Numbered from the whole stretch's first letter, positions 33,342 to 44,602 are shown. The stretch: DNA of 61,855 nt, filler included, from Stramenopiles sp. TOSAG23-3 (GCA_900128585.1; 25 parts of 25 records of this genome joined end to end with filler, not necessarily neighbours in it); one strand, 5' to 3'. Numbers and translations: made by a program. Notes: generated by a model from the sequence alone, not told the origin.

Positions 33342-34403
33342 CTAATTTTGGAGGAGTAGCTGTAAAATGGAGTCACTCACATCATCCAGAGGGACCGATG
33401 CATCGTAATTGTCGACCCAGCTCAAACTTTTATATAAATCCTCCACACTAGAATCAAAATTATATGACTCTGTCATCGACGGCTTGCATTCAAAGTACGT
33501 GAACTGGCACATTTTGGAAATATGCAATGCAACAATCACTTCGTATTTTGTGATGTTTTTATTTTTGTCGCGTAATTGAAGTATCTGCTGTAAGACAGGC
33601 ACCTCCACTTTAGGCGTTTTCCACTCTGCTAGCAGACTTGCAAACATGTTCATCAAACTTGGAATCTGATCAACGGGTACGGAATGTTCTATAATTCTTG
33701 ATTCGTCAATCTTGTGATGAACTAACATTTCTTCAGCGCTAACAAAATCATTTGCCCATTGTCGTGAAGTATGAACATTAAAAAAATAAGACCCTTTGTG
33801 TATTATGAAATAGTACCGCTTTGACTCCGAATCAGCCTCAATCCCAACCTTTCTTAAAAACGTACTTGGTACAGCCTCTAACGAAAGAATGTTACGTTCA
33901 ATAGATGGCACTTTTCCTTCGGCAAAAAACTGTTCTGAGCCGCTAAATGTTTTATCAACTACGTCCACTTCGGTGCCGGCAAAAATGCTATTGAAATCAA
34001 AATTGCACTTTTGTGCAAATAGAAGAACGTTACTCATTTTACTCAAGGATCGTTTCGCCACAGAAGAAAAAAATAGCTGACGTACCAGGCAGCTTATTCC
34101 AAAGTGATGACTACCATCGGCATTCCTTACGTTTCTACACTGTGAAGCCACAGTTGACAGTGACTGTAATAGAAAGTTAGACCCACATGAATTATCTATC
34201 ACCTTTTTCTTCTTTTTTGCGTTCGCACGTTCCGTTTGCCATCTTCCACGCTTACATTTCCCCGTTGGTACACACGTTATGCCTCGCTTAACGCACCTAC
34301 TACAAGGAGTGTTTCTATCACACTTCACTTTCAGGCGCCTACACTCAGTGCAGGTTCTCGGTTGCCTCTTCGGCTCTTTTCGAACTTTGCTTTGTGCTTG
34401 CAT
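33342..34403 (-). CDS. Zn(II)2Cys6 binuclear-cluster (GAL4-type) transcription factor
   Basis: CTECRRLKVKCDRNTPCSRCVKRGITC = C-x2-C-x6-C-x5-C-x2-C-x6-C, followed by a basic NLS. Confidence 0.9.
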   Translation of the reverse strand: MQAQSKVRKEPKRQPRTCTECRRLKVKCDRNTPCSRCVKRGITCVPTGKCKRGRWQTERANAKKKKKVIDNSCGSNFLLQSLSTVASQCRNVRNADGSHHFGISCLVRQLFFSSVAKRSLSKMSNVLLFAQKCNFDFNSIFAGTEVDVVDKTFSGSEQFFAEGKVPSIERNILSLEAVPSTFLRKVGIEADSESKRYYFIIHKGSYFFNVHTSRQWANDFVSAEEMLVHHKIDESRIIEHSVPVDQIPSLMNMFASLLAEWKTPKVEVPVLQQILQLRDKNKNITKYEVIVALHISKMCQFTYFECKPSMTESYNFDSSVEDLYKSLSWVDNYDASVPLDDVSDSILQLLLQN

Positions 34404-34809
34404 TTCACTTTTTGAAAACGCAAATTGTGTGAATCTCGATAGAAAATAAATTAAACACACTTGTGAGATATTTTTATTTTTTTTCGTGTGTTACTTGCAC
34501 TTCTGGTTCTCCTCGCCGCCCGATGAATGATTTTAATTAACGCTCACAATATTTTTTTTTCTATACGGATTATTATTATTTATTATTAATAATATTAATA
34601 AAAAAATATTATTATATTTCGTTATTATTATTGTTGAAGAAGTTTTGGCTTCTAAAGGTATTAGCGTATAGATAGTGACTACAATAGAGCAGGTGTGTGC
34701 GGAAGCTATNNNNNNNNNNNNNNNNNNNNNNNNNNNNNNNNNNNNNNNNNNNNTTAATTAATTAANNNNNNNNNNNNNNNNNNNNNNNNNNNNNNNNNNN
34801 NNNNNNNNN

Positions 34810-35644
34810 GCTCCGCGTCCAATTGGCCAAGCTCGTCGGACGGCATGCAGTCCACGTACAGGTTGTACCGTATCGTGCTCTCGGCCAGGCGCCGGGCGCG
34901 ATGGGCATTCGCAACGCGCTGGGCAAAAAGGACCGGATTCTCTGCGTCGAAGCAGATGCCCAGCCGGTCTACTACGGTGGGGGTGTCGTCGCTTTTGTTC
35001 AGGCGAGAGTCATCGAACTTGACTTCGATGCCCTTCACGTTCGTATTCGCGTCCACGTGGGTCTTCACCGCGCGGCAGGGCGCCCAGGACTTCGTCCCTT
35101 CGTGGTGCGCGCGCCCGTGCGATTTGAACTTGACCCATTTGTCGATCGGGTACATTTCGAACGTGCCGTCGTCGAACAGGGAGACGGGGAGGGTGGACAG
35201 CCATGCCTTGTCCCCGTCCTGCTGCGCCGCCGCAGCGCCGCCCTCGGCGTCCACAACGTTGTTGCACTCGGCCTCTGCACTCGCGATCAACGCGCTGATG
35301 TCCTGGGCCATGTACTCGGCCTTGATCCTCCGGATGGCCACTGGCCGCGGGGTGTGGCCCGGCGCCGTCACGTACGGGATGTAGACTTTCGGGTCCAGCT
35401 CTGCGTCCCCGCCGTCCGTCGGGGAGTTCAGCGGGGACGTGTCGTCCTTCCCCTCCCACAGTTTGCTCGCGGCCGCGTTCCCCCCGAGCCCGTAGGCTTT
35501 CGAGGAGGTCTGGCGCCCCGCGTTCGACGGGGACGACGGCCCACGCATGAAATTCTGTGTCCTGGGCAGGGGGGCGCGGGCGCCCGTGCTGCCCGTGGCT
35601 TGGTGTGGCATTTTCAGCCCTGGGACCGACGGGGCGCGGCGCAT
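34810..35644 (-). CDS. DNAH1: Axonemal inner-arm dynein heavy chain (DNAH1-type) N-terminus, 3' truncated
   Basis: PKV...PGHTPRPVAIRR; LPVSLFDD; RLGICFDAENPVLFAQRVANAH; RYNLYVDCMP recall the DNAH1 N-terminus. Confidence 0.85.
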
Positions 35645-36541
35645 CTTCAACGACACAGCGGGAGACTCCCAGCTGAACTGATCGTTGAAATTGTCGTCAT
35701 TTGCTGCCCCCCCCTCCGGCTGCCCCTTCGTTCAGCGGAAGGCCGGACGTCGACTTTGCTTTCCTCATTCGTTCGTATTTAAACTATCCACTCAGGGGTT
35801 GGTTCACTCTCTTCCAAATTGATTCAATCAAAACGAAGAAACGAAACTAAATCCTTCGATGTAATGGATTGGGTGTTGAATTGGTTGAATTGGAGTGGAA
35901 GTGAAGAACGGGTAAAGTAACCTCACTTCTATTTTTAAGATTGGTCTGCATCCATTGCATCCATCTCACTTTCACTCATTGCAATTGGCTTTTGCTTTGT
36001 GTGTGATTGCTTCGGAACTTTAATTTTTTGTTGGATTTACGTCTTCTCGTTGGTCCTACACGGCTATGTAAACTTGTATACTATACGTTAAAGAACAATA
36101 CAAGTACAATCATTGGATCAAAATAACCCTATCTAACTACAAATAGTATACATTAAATACAATACAAGTATACGCCTACAATTGGATTAATCCGTTTAGT
36201 TTTCTTAATTTGAATTTTTCTTCCATCGCTTAAGGACTTAAGGATCAACATCATATTTTTTACTTTTTACAGAAAGACAAAACAGATCAACGAGAAACTC
36301 TCTCTCTCTCTCTCTCTTTCTCTCTACAAATCACTTTTAAAGAAGAATTTAAAGAAAAAAGAAGGCTTCTATATTCCTTAATTAAGAAAGAAAGAAAGAA
36401 AGAAAGAAAAGAAAATGCTAAATGAAAAACCCAACGATATTTTAATTTTTTATTCCTTCATTGAAACGTCTTAATATTATCCATGCTCTGTGCTCTGTAG
36501 TCTGTAGTCTTTCTGTTCATTCGATTGGTTCACTCATAGAT

Positions 36542-36680
36542 AATGGTATGGCATGTATCATCAATGCTATTTCAATACTAATCAATGTATTGACAATGGT
36601 ATGGCATGTATCATCAATGCTATTTCAATACTAATGAATGTATTATCAATGGTATGGGATCTATCATCAATGCTATTTCT
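36542..36680. repeat. 53-nt tandem repeat, about 2.6 copies, followed by a short TAACCC tract (36715-36730)
   Basis: AATGGTATGGCATGTATCATCAATGCTATTTC... at 36542, 36595 and 36648. Confidence 0.9.
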
Positions 36681-37285
36681 ATGTTATTATGATATACGAT
36701 TTCTTTTTCTTTTGTAACCCTAACCCTAACTAACACACCAACCGATATTGGCTCCCTCTTCTCCTCGATGGTTCCTTGATAGGATGGACACTACGTATAA
36801 TTTGTAGTACCAAATTGAGAATAAATGAGAAGATGATGAAAATGTAACGATGGAATTTAAATGCTTCTTTCAATTCAATGTATTGCATTGAAAGAAGCAA
36901 GATTCTTAACGAATTTATCATAACATAGTATAATTGTATAACACAACTAATTCGTTTTAGATAATGTATGCAGACAATGACGTATTTAATATTTATGGAT
37001 CTTTCCTTCTTCTTCTTTTACAGAGTGAGTAAACACGTGCTTTTTCCTTTGTTTTTATCATTCAAACAATTGCCTTCAACCGTAAAAGGCGAAGAAACGA
37101 ACGATTGAATCCGTTGTATTGTCTGCTCTTCTTGTGTATTGTTGCGAGAAATCGATCTACTCCGTTGACGATCGGTGCGCAAGGTNNNNNNNNNNNNNNN
37201 NNNNNNNNNNNNNNNNNNNNNNNNNNNNNTTAATTAATTAANNNNNNNNNNNNNNNNNNNNNNNNNNNNNNNNNNNNNNNNNNNN

Positions 37286-37735
37286 CCGCGTACCTGGCAC
37301 TTTGGCGTCGATTTCATTCACATTCTGCCCAATGACCAACTTATTTGGCTTATTTGCAAATAAATACCGCGTACCTGGCACTTTGGCTTCGATTTCATTC
37401 ACATTCTGCCCAATGACCAACTTATTTGGCTTATTTGCAAATAAATACCGAGTACCTGGCACTTTGTTTTCATTCACATTCTCCCCAATAACTAATTGAT
37501 TTGGTTTATTTAAATATAAAAACCGAGTACCTGGTACTTTAGTGTCTTCTTCTGTGTTTTCTTCTATGTCGACTTCAATTCCTTCGTTCAAATCCTGCCC
37601 AACGACCAACTTATTTGGCTTATTTGCAAACAAATACCGAGTACCTGGCAATTTGGCATCGATTTCATTCAGATTCTCCCCAATAACTAACTGATTTGGT
37701 TTATTTAAATATAAAAAACGAGTACCTGGCAATAT
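37286..37735 (-). repeat. ~81-nt coding tandem repeat (VPGTRYLFANKPNKLVIGQNVNEIDAK), five full units plus a partial one
   Basis: GTACCTGG cores recur; two alternating unit variants. Confidence 0.92.
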
Positions 37736-38893
37736 GGTGTCTTCTTCACGGTCGACTTCCACAGTTGTCTGACCATTTGAAAAATACTGAATATCTTCGG
37801 CCTTCACCGGCGGAGCATCCTTTTGTCCTGCATTTGTTGGCCATGGCCTATCTAACGTAACTGCGTTATTTGTCATCGGCAATTTCACAGTAAATTCCTG
37901 AGAGCCAATTCGAATCGTATCGCCCTGTCCTACAAAACCCAACCAAGATTCGCTTGTCCTAACAATCCGGGAGCCAGAAAGTACACCAGCAGCGCCTTTG
38001 AGAGGAGTGTAGCCTTCGAGGGTTATCGGCGTACTATCAATCTTGCAAGCCTTCACTGTTTTAGTATGGCCTTGGTACGGATCATTAATTGTGATGGTGA
38101 CCTGGTCGCGAAGCTCGTTTAATGTAAAATCGCCTATCGATGACCCCCCCTCCGTATCGTAAAATTGGATCGCTTCCCCACTTGTGATATACGGTCGCAT
38201 ATCAACCGTCGTACGGACCAGCACAGAGTTTCGCACGACCTGGAAAAACCCTGGCAGTTTCCTTTTACACCCAAGGAACCCACTTGCCCCGTACTTCATT
38301 TTTCTTTTTACCCCATGTTCTGTTTTCTTCTTCCTGTAAAATTCATTAAGCCTCGTCTTTTTCGCCCCCTCTTTCTTTGCGGCCTCTTTCACCGCGTCCC
38401 TCTTCAACGCCGCTTCGTGGTATTTCTTTCCGATTTCCTCGTGCTGCTTTTTGGCAAGTTCTTCCTTCTTATGCACCTGCTCTGATTTCACCCTTTCTTC
38501 TTTCTTTTTTTCCTCTTCACGGTTAGTCACAATCCTTAACTTTGTTCGCTCTTCCTTCCGCGTTTCCTCCCTCACTCGCTTGATATAAGGCACCGCGTAG
38601 TTGTCAAAATCGCCTTTACTAATACCACCTGGTTTCACCTTCACGTGCGTAAGAGTCTCACTCTTTTTTGCAATTTCCTTGTGTTCGTCTAAAAGTTGTT
38701 TCAGCTGGGCCGGGTCGCAAGGACCAGGTTTCGCGCACAGTGACAAAGGAGTCAAGTCCCCCATGTCTGGTTGGAGAACATTGCTATCGTGGCTTCCCCG
38801 TTTCCTAACTTCGCTACGGGTAGGCCTGATGTGCCAGCACAAGACAACGCTGCATAAAACGACCAGACCGCGCAAGCAGTTGGCGCCACGCAT
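37286..38893 (-). CDS. Secreted protein: signal peptide, charged coiled coil, two beta-rich modules, C-terminal ~27-aa tandem repeats; 3' truncated
   Basis: MRGANCLRGLVVLCSVVLCW; PGTR(Y/F)L(F/Y)xNKPNxLV(I/V)G repeats. Confidence 0.85.
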
Positions 38894-39513
38894 TGTCAGA
38901 ATATACTTCCCGATCCTCTACTAATCACGCGCACTTTCAGTTCAATTGCTGTTTTCCACCATACACAATGGTAATACAGAGGATTTTAAATCGCACATGG
39001 TTAACCAACTGAACAATGGGCTCTTACAAATTGCAATTAAAGACGGTTTAATTAAAAATTGCATCCATTGTAATGTATACATCATCGATCGTGTCAACTC
39101 AACTGCTGCGCAACCATGCTGTATCAATATATATATATTTACTAGATGAAACAGTATTAATAGTGTACTAATAGAAGGAGGCTAATCCCTCCTCCCCCCT
39201 TTTTTTTATTCGACCTGTTAATAAAATCGTATTACGATTCTTCAATAATTAAGGTCTAATAGTTAAAAATTATACCAAACAATTATTAATAATTATAGAA
39301 TTATACCAAACAATGATTAAAAATTATGGAATTATATATTTATATAAATATTATATTATATTTGAATACATGTATATACTTAAAAACAAATGGGATACTT
39401 TGCATATTAGACTAATATAGAAAGGAAAAAGGAAATGATAAAAAAACTCCATCTCCTTCCCTTCCCTTCCCTTCCGCTCACCGCTCACACAAGTCAAAGT
39501 CACAAGTCACAAC

Positions 39514-39564
39514 AAGCCAAGCCAAGCCAAGCCAAGCCAAGCCAAGCCAAGCCAAGCCAAGCCA
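39514..39564. repeat. (AAGCC)n pentanucleotide microsatellite
   Basis: Directly visible. Confidence 0.95.
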
Positions 39565-39943
39565 ATCCCGTTCGTTCTGTGCTCGTTTCCTCCACCTCAG
39601 TTCTACCTTTACACAGCATAAAATATTGTGACCTGTATGATACCATATCGATGCTTTCTNNNNNNNNNNNNNNNNNNNNNNNNNNNNNNNNNNNNNNNNN
39701 NNNTTAATTAATTAANNNNNNNNNNNNNNNNNNNNNNNNNNNNNNNNNNNNNNNNNNNNTATATATATATGCAGAACAAAACAGAACGAAACAGAATGTG
39801 TATGTTAAACAAATTTGTTTGATAAAATAGAAAAGAAATTTTAACAAAAGAAAAAAGACGTTCGTTCTGTCCTTCCTTCCGTCCATCTTTCTCCCGTTGC
39901 CCTGTCCGGTCCACCCCCAACCTCCACCGTACCACACCACACC

Positions 39944-41002
39944 ATGCTGCGTCACGTTGCCTCGCGAACGGCGCGCAGAGCGACACGGTCCATCCTCGGC
40001 AAGCGGTTCTATGGGGATTCTTTTGAATCAACGTACTCTAAAGGCGGGTTTGTTGAAGATTGGCCTTTGCAACAGACGAATACAATACTAAACATTGTCC
40101 CCCAAGGCCAGAAGGTACTGGTGGAGCGGTTTGGAAAGTACCACGATGTCAAAAACCCCGGGTGGTTTTTTGCCATCCCCTTAGTTGATAGGCTTGCCTA
40201 CACAATCGACATGCGAGAGAAAGCCATTGAGATCGAGCCTCAGCCAGCGATTACACGAGACAACGTCAGTTTGGAAGTTTCAGGGAACGTTTTTATTGAG
40301 TTCAACGATCCCCATAAGGCGGCGTATGGGAGTTTCAACCCCCTCTACGCGGTCTCGCAGAATGCCCAGGCGTCGATGCGTGCCGCCATCGGGAAGCTGG
40401 AGCTGGACGAAATTTTGCACGCTCGGGACGCCCTGAACCATGAAGTCAGGAACCACTTGAGTGAGGCCGCGGAACCATGGGGGATCACGATCAAGCGGTA
40501 TGAAATCACTGAGATCTTGCCAGACCGAGAAATCCAGAGGGCAATGGACAAGCAGGCCGTTGCAGAGCGTGAACGGCGGGAGCAAGTCCTTGGCGCGGAA
40601 GGTATGAAGAAGTCGCAAATCTTGGAGAGTGAGGGAATCAAGCTGAGGAAGCAGAACGAATCTGAGGGGGAGCTCATCAAGGTGCGCAACGAGGCCAAGG
40701 CAGCAAAGGAAAGAATGGTCCTGGAGGCCGATGGGGAAGCCGCAGCCATCCTTGCGAAAGCGAAGGCGCAGGCCGCGGCGCTGGAGATGATTGGGGCTGC
40801 GTTGAACAGCAAGGAAGGCCAGCTTGCGGCGCAACTGGACATCGCAAAGGACTACCTAGACATGTACGGCGAAATGGGATCCCAGAGCAACACCATGGTC
40901 TTTTCCAAGGAGCCTGGGGACGTCCACGCCATGCTGGCCCAAGCCGCCGCCGTGCTTACCACCGCGTCCGATTCCGTGAAGGACGGGGCGAACAAGAACT
41001 AG
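39944..41002 (+). CDS. STOML2: Mitochondrial stomatin-like protein 2 (SPFH/band 7)
   Basis: Arg-rich presequence; IVPQ..VERFGKY; AITRDNVSL; MRAAIGKLELD; WGITIKRYEI; QAVAERERR. Confidence 0.92.
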   Translation: MLRHVASRTARRATRSILGKRFYGDSFESTYSKGGFVEDWPLQQTNTILNIVPQGQKVLVERFGKYHDVKNPGWFFAIPLVDRLAYTIDMREKAIEIEPQPAITRDNVSLEVSGNVFIEFNDPHKAAYGSFNPLYAVSQNAQASMRAAIGKLELDEILHARDALNHEVRNHLSEAAEPWGITIKRYEITEILPDREIQRAMDKQAVAERERREQVLGAEGMKKSQILESEGIKLRKQNESEGELIKVRNEAKAAKERMVLEADGEAAAILAKAKAQAAALEMIGAALNSKEGQLAAQLDIAKDYLDMYGEMGSQSNTMVFSKEPGDVHAMLAQAAAVLTTASDSVKDGANKN

Positions 41003-41124
41003 CTTTGGCCCATGCCGACTGGTCAGAGATTAGAGAATGAATGGTATCTTACTCGAACACAGAAGAATACGGTAAAGATACGGAATCACATCAGATACCG
41101 AACATTTTTTAAGAAACGAACATG

Positions 41125-41720
41125 AGATATAAGCCGTTATTTAGAAAAAACCAAAATATATAGTATGTTTTAAGACTCTCATTTTAAATCAAATACAGCC
41201 GTTATTTAGATATTAAAAAATTATAGCATAAAAAGATGTGATTAGATTCAATGATATGATGATGTGAAAAAAATGAGACCACACCACGTAAAAACAAGAA
41301 AATTGATATGATCTTATTACGAATTACGTGCGAATATAAGAGAAATATAAAAAATGTAAACCTTTAATAGACAAAAGGAGCAGATTCATTTTCGCGGTAC
41401 ATGTGAGAAAAGCTAAATTTTAATTACTTAAATAACAGCCAATTTTTTGTTTTTAATAATTCTTTACTTATAATTCATCCTAATTAATTACTTAAATAAA
41501 CAGCCAATTTTCTTGTTTTTAATTCATCCTAAATAACAGCCAATTTTCTTGTTTAATTCATCCTTCCTTGCAAAATGTAATAATTTATTTTTGTCCAGTA
41601 AAGTTTTACTTCAAACTTGTACTGCGATATATTCCCGCTCCATAAAATCTTTGTTTCTCTAAAACTTCTTTATAGAATTATGAGAGTGGAGTACACAAGA
41701 GGATGATAGTGTAGACGACT
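41125..41720 (+). mobile_element. Dispersed repeat family copy with three forward modules
   Basis: AATGTAAACCT...AGATTCATTTTCGCGGTA...GCTAAATTTTAATTACT shared with 45828-45903. Confidence 0.75.
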
Positions 41721-41828
41721 GATTCTTACCCTCTTCCGTTCTTACGAAGTGCAGAAGAATAAATTCAAGCGAGATCACCCCATTTACGCACGTTCCAATA
41801 TTTCTTCGAGCGCAGTCAGAAAAACGTA

Positions 41829-42131
41829 CTATTGACCGCCGGCATCGATCATGCCCTGCGGTTTCCTCTGCTTTCGGACAAAATCGACAAGGGTGAACGC
41901 CTCCTTGGTCAGCCTGTGCTCTGCCCCTAGCAAGAAATTTCGAGTCTGGAAACTCTTCTGGTACAAATCGAATGCAACGTCCAGATTCTCTAATTGTTGG
42001 GCGCAGAAACCCGCGCTTAGCTGCGCCTCGGCAACGTCTAATGATTTGGGGCCATACACTGAAGTCTTCGCTTCCACCGCATCCTGAAATGTGTCCAATG
42101 CCCGCTGCAACTCTCCCCCAAGCTTGTAGAT
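41829..42131 (-). CDS. 3' end of a TPR (kinesin-light-chain-like) protein, 5' truncated
   Basis: VYGPKSLDVAEA...ALDTFQDA and LLGAEHRLT pattern. Confidence 0.7.
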   Translation of the reverse strand: MYKLGGELQRALDTFQDAVEAKTSVYGPKSLDVAEAQLSAGFCAQQLENLDVAFDLYQKSFQTRNFLLGAEHRLTKEAFTLVDFVRKQRKPQGMIDAGGQ

Positions 42132-42232
42132 ANNNNNNNNNNNNNNNNNNNNNNNNNNNNNNNNNNNNNNNNNNNNTTAATTAATTAANNNNNNNNNNNN
42201 NNNNNNNNNNNNNNNNNNNNNNNNNNNNNNNN

Positions 42233-42890
42233 CATATAGTAATTCGCCTTTTAAATCGTCGTTTAATCCCTCAAATTTACATGCTTGGCATCCTGTACCC
42301 TGTTTTGTGCGGTTTATAATTGTAGCTAGCCATCGATGCGGTCCACCATCTGCTTCGCTTGCCTTGCATTCCCATAAACCATAACAACCGCTACCAGCAC
42401 CAACAGTATCTTTTGTAAATTTTAAATGTTTGTTATCTACGCCCCATTTCAAAACATCGTCTCTTGGCCAGTTTGGATCAAACGCTCCCCCTTCCCATTT
42501 GTGCGTTGCTTTCCTACTTTTTAGAACATATAGTAATTCGCCTCTTATCTGCGCAAATTTACATTCTTTACACCCGCTTCTTTTGCGGCTTTTAATACTG
42601 GCTGACCAACGATGTGGTGCACCGTCTGCTTCACTTCCCTTACATTCCCATAACCCGAAAAAAGGACTATCAACATCAATATTGTCTTTTGTAAAAGTCG
42701 AATGTTTATTAGCTTCGCCCCATTTCAAAACTTTCTCTCTTGGCCATGATGGATTAAACCTTCCTCCTTCCCAATTGTACCTTGCTTTGCTACCTTTTAG
42801 AACATATAGTAATTCGCCTTTTAAAATATCTGATAGTATCTTTTTCGTTGCCTTACTTCCAGACGATTGCCTGGACGGCTGCGTTGCCAT
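42233..42890 (-). CDS. Tandem zinc-ribbon (DUF4379/treble-clef-like) repeat protein, 3' truncated
   Basis: Two 92-98 aa repeats, each with LWEC...HRW.A.I..R....GC..C; a third starts at the contig edge. Confidence 0.8.
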
Positions 42891-43711
42891 GTATTATAAA
42901 CGTAAATTCTACTTGCCTGTTTTGAGGTTTTATAATATAAGACAAATATTCTCCAAGGATAAGTAAATGATCGCACATAAGTGCTTCCTTGAAGTTAATA
43001 TTAACTTTTTTCTTAACCACTCTCCAACTTGTCCTACACAAGTAATTCTTTGAAGGAACTAAAAACTATTATAATTATACTAGAATGACTAACTAGACGA
43101 CTTGTAATTATTTTTTATTACTATTATTACTTTTATTATTTAGTAAGAAAGAAGAAGAAAGAAGAAAGAAGAAGTAGTAATAATTATCCACACATTTATC
43201 GCTTGCTTCTTCTCTCTCTTATTATCTCTTCTTGTGTCGTCCTCATTGCTTCATTTTTTCTAATTATTTATTATTTATTACTATTAATTGGTTAGTACTG
43301 CTACAGGTAGATAAAAAGGGAAATTGCAAGGAAATACTATTAACAGCGGCGAGCACTGCTTGAATCGGCTCGTTGAATTCATTGTTGTTGCATAGACTAG
43401 TATTAATATCAATCAATCCTCCTTCCTTTTTCCTTTTTCTTTCGTCGGTCTCTCCTCTAAATTATATAACTCTTGTTGTTTACTTCTATTTTTTTCGTTT
43501 GATTGTTTCGTCGGAAGAAAATAAAACAGATCCGGCGGAACGATTATATGGTGTGTGGTGTATTTTTATATTTTAGATTAAAATTATTGAATTCCTATAA
43601 TATTTAATGTATTATCACAGGGCACGTTCTGGGAGATATAAAAAAACGTATATATATTGATGAAGTATATCTTAGACTTATCTCTCTTAATTATTAATTT
43701 TAATAAAAAAA

Positions 43712-44602
43712 TCATCCATCATCATTGCTTTTCGTCTCTTCTCTCCCTGCTCGATTTTTCTTTTCGATGTCCACTTGTTTGATTGCTTGCTCTAAGAGAA
43801 CCGTTGAACTGTAGGAACCTTCGTCTTTCTTATTTACCTGCTGCCGAAATTGAGGATCAGATAAGTTTTTTAACGCAGTCTCATACCGATTGGCTAAACA
43901 TGTTCTTCTTTCTTCAAGTTCATCTGCGCCCATTGTTCTCTGATTATTTAATTGCCATTCTGTTTGCATCAATTGCTCAATATCTTCATGGTACAATGAA
44001 CCGAAAATAGTTGGATGAGTTAGGTTCAGGGTTCCCATCTGTTTGTCCCACCAGTCTTTGCCTAAATTGGCAATCTGCTCATCACGAGTACCGCCCTCCG
44101 AGTTTGGTTTGGCCATTTTTCGAATTTCTTCCAATTTGTTCCATAGTCCTGAAAACTTACTGCAATGCTCTTGTGCAAGTTTCAAGCCTTGTTTGTAACT
44201 GGACGTGTTCTGGTAGCGTCCCCTCACAATATTTTGCGCCTTGGTAATGGTAGCATCGTAGCGGCTCCACCACTTCTCTTGGTTGATCTTGAACTCCATT
44301 CTACCGCTTATTCGCCTCTTTTTGTTCGGTGGCCCCTCTTCTTCATCCTCACCATGGCCCATTGATTCATCCTCGTCGTCGTCCGTTGCTTCATCGTCAA
44401 TCTCCATTTCTTCACCACCTTCACTATCCGGTCTCCGACGAATATCGCCATCATCAAGGCGTTGCAGTATCTCTGGGAGTTTCCGTTTCGCCTCACCGCG
44501 GAACATTTTTATTGACGCTTGTTTCTCTTCAAGAATATCTTTTAGCTGTTTGTTCAATGTTTCTCTGGCGTACTTCTTTAAATTTCCCTCGTGCAAAGGT
44601 AT
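43712..44602 (-). CDS. Hypothetical helical protein with an acidic tract and NLS, 5' truncated
   Basis: Open to the contig edge; PPNKKRR. Confidence 0.7.
   Translation of the reverse strand: MPLHEGNLKKYARETLNKQLKDILEEKQASIKMFRGEAKRKLPEILQRLDDGDIRRRPDSEGGEEMEIDDEATDDDEDESMGHGEDEEEGPPNKKRRISGRMEFKINQEKWWSRYDATITKAQNIVRGRYQNTSSYKQGLKLAQEHCSKFSGLWNKLEEIRKMAKPNSEGGTRDEQIANLGKDWWDKQMGTLNLTHPTIFGSLYHEDIEQLMQTEWQLNNQRTMGADELEERRTCLANRYETALKNLSDPQFRQQVNKKDEGSYSSTVLLEQAIKQVDIEKKNRAGREETKSNDDG

Noticed and set aside
36542-36680. CRISPR-like array (also considered for 41471-41564)
   Set aside because: Intervening sequences are copies of one another rather than unique spacers; eukaryotic context; no cas genes
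36715-36730. True telomere
   Set aside because: Under three units and internal to the contig
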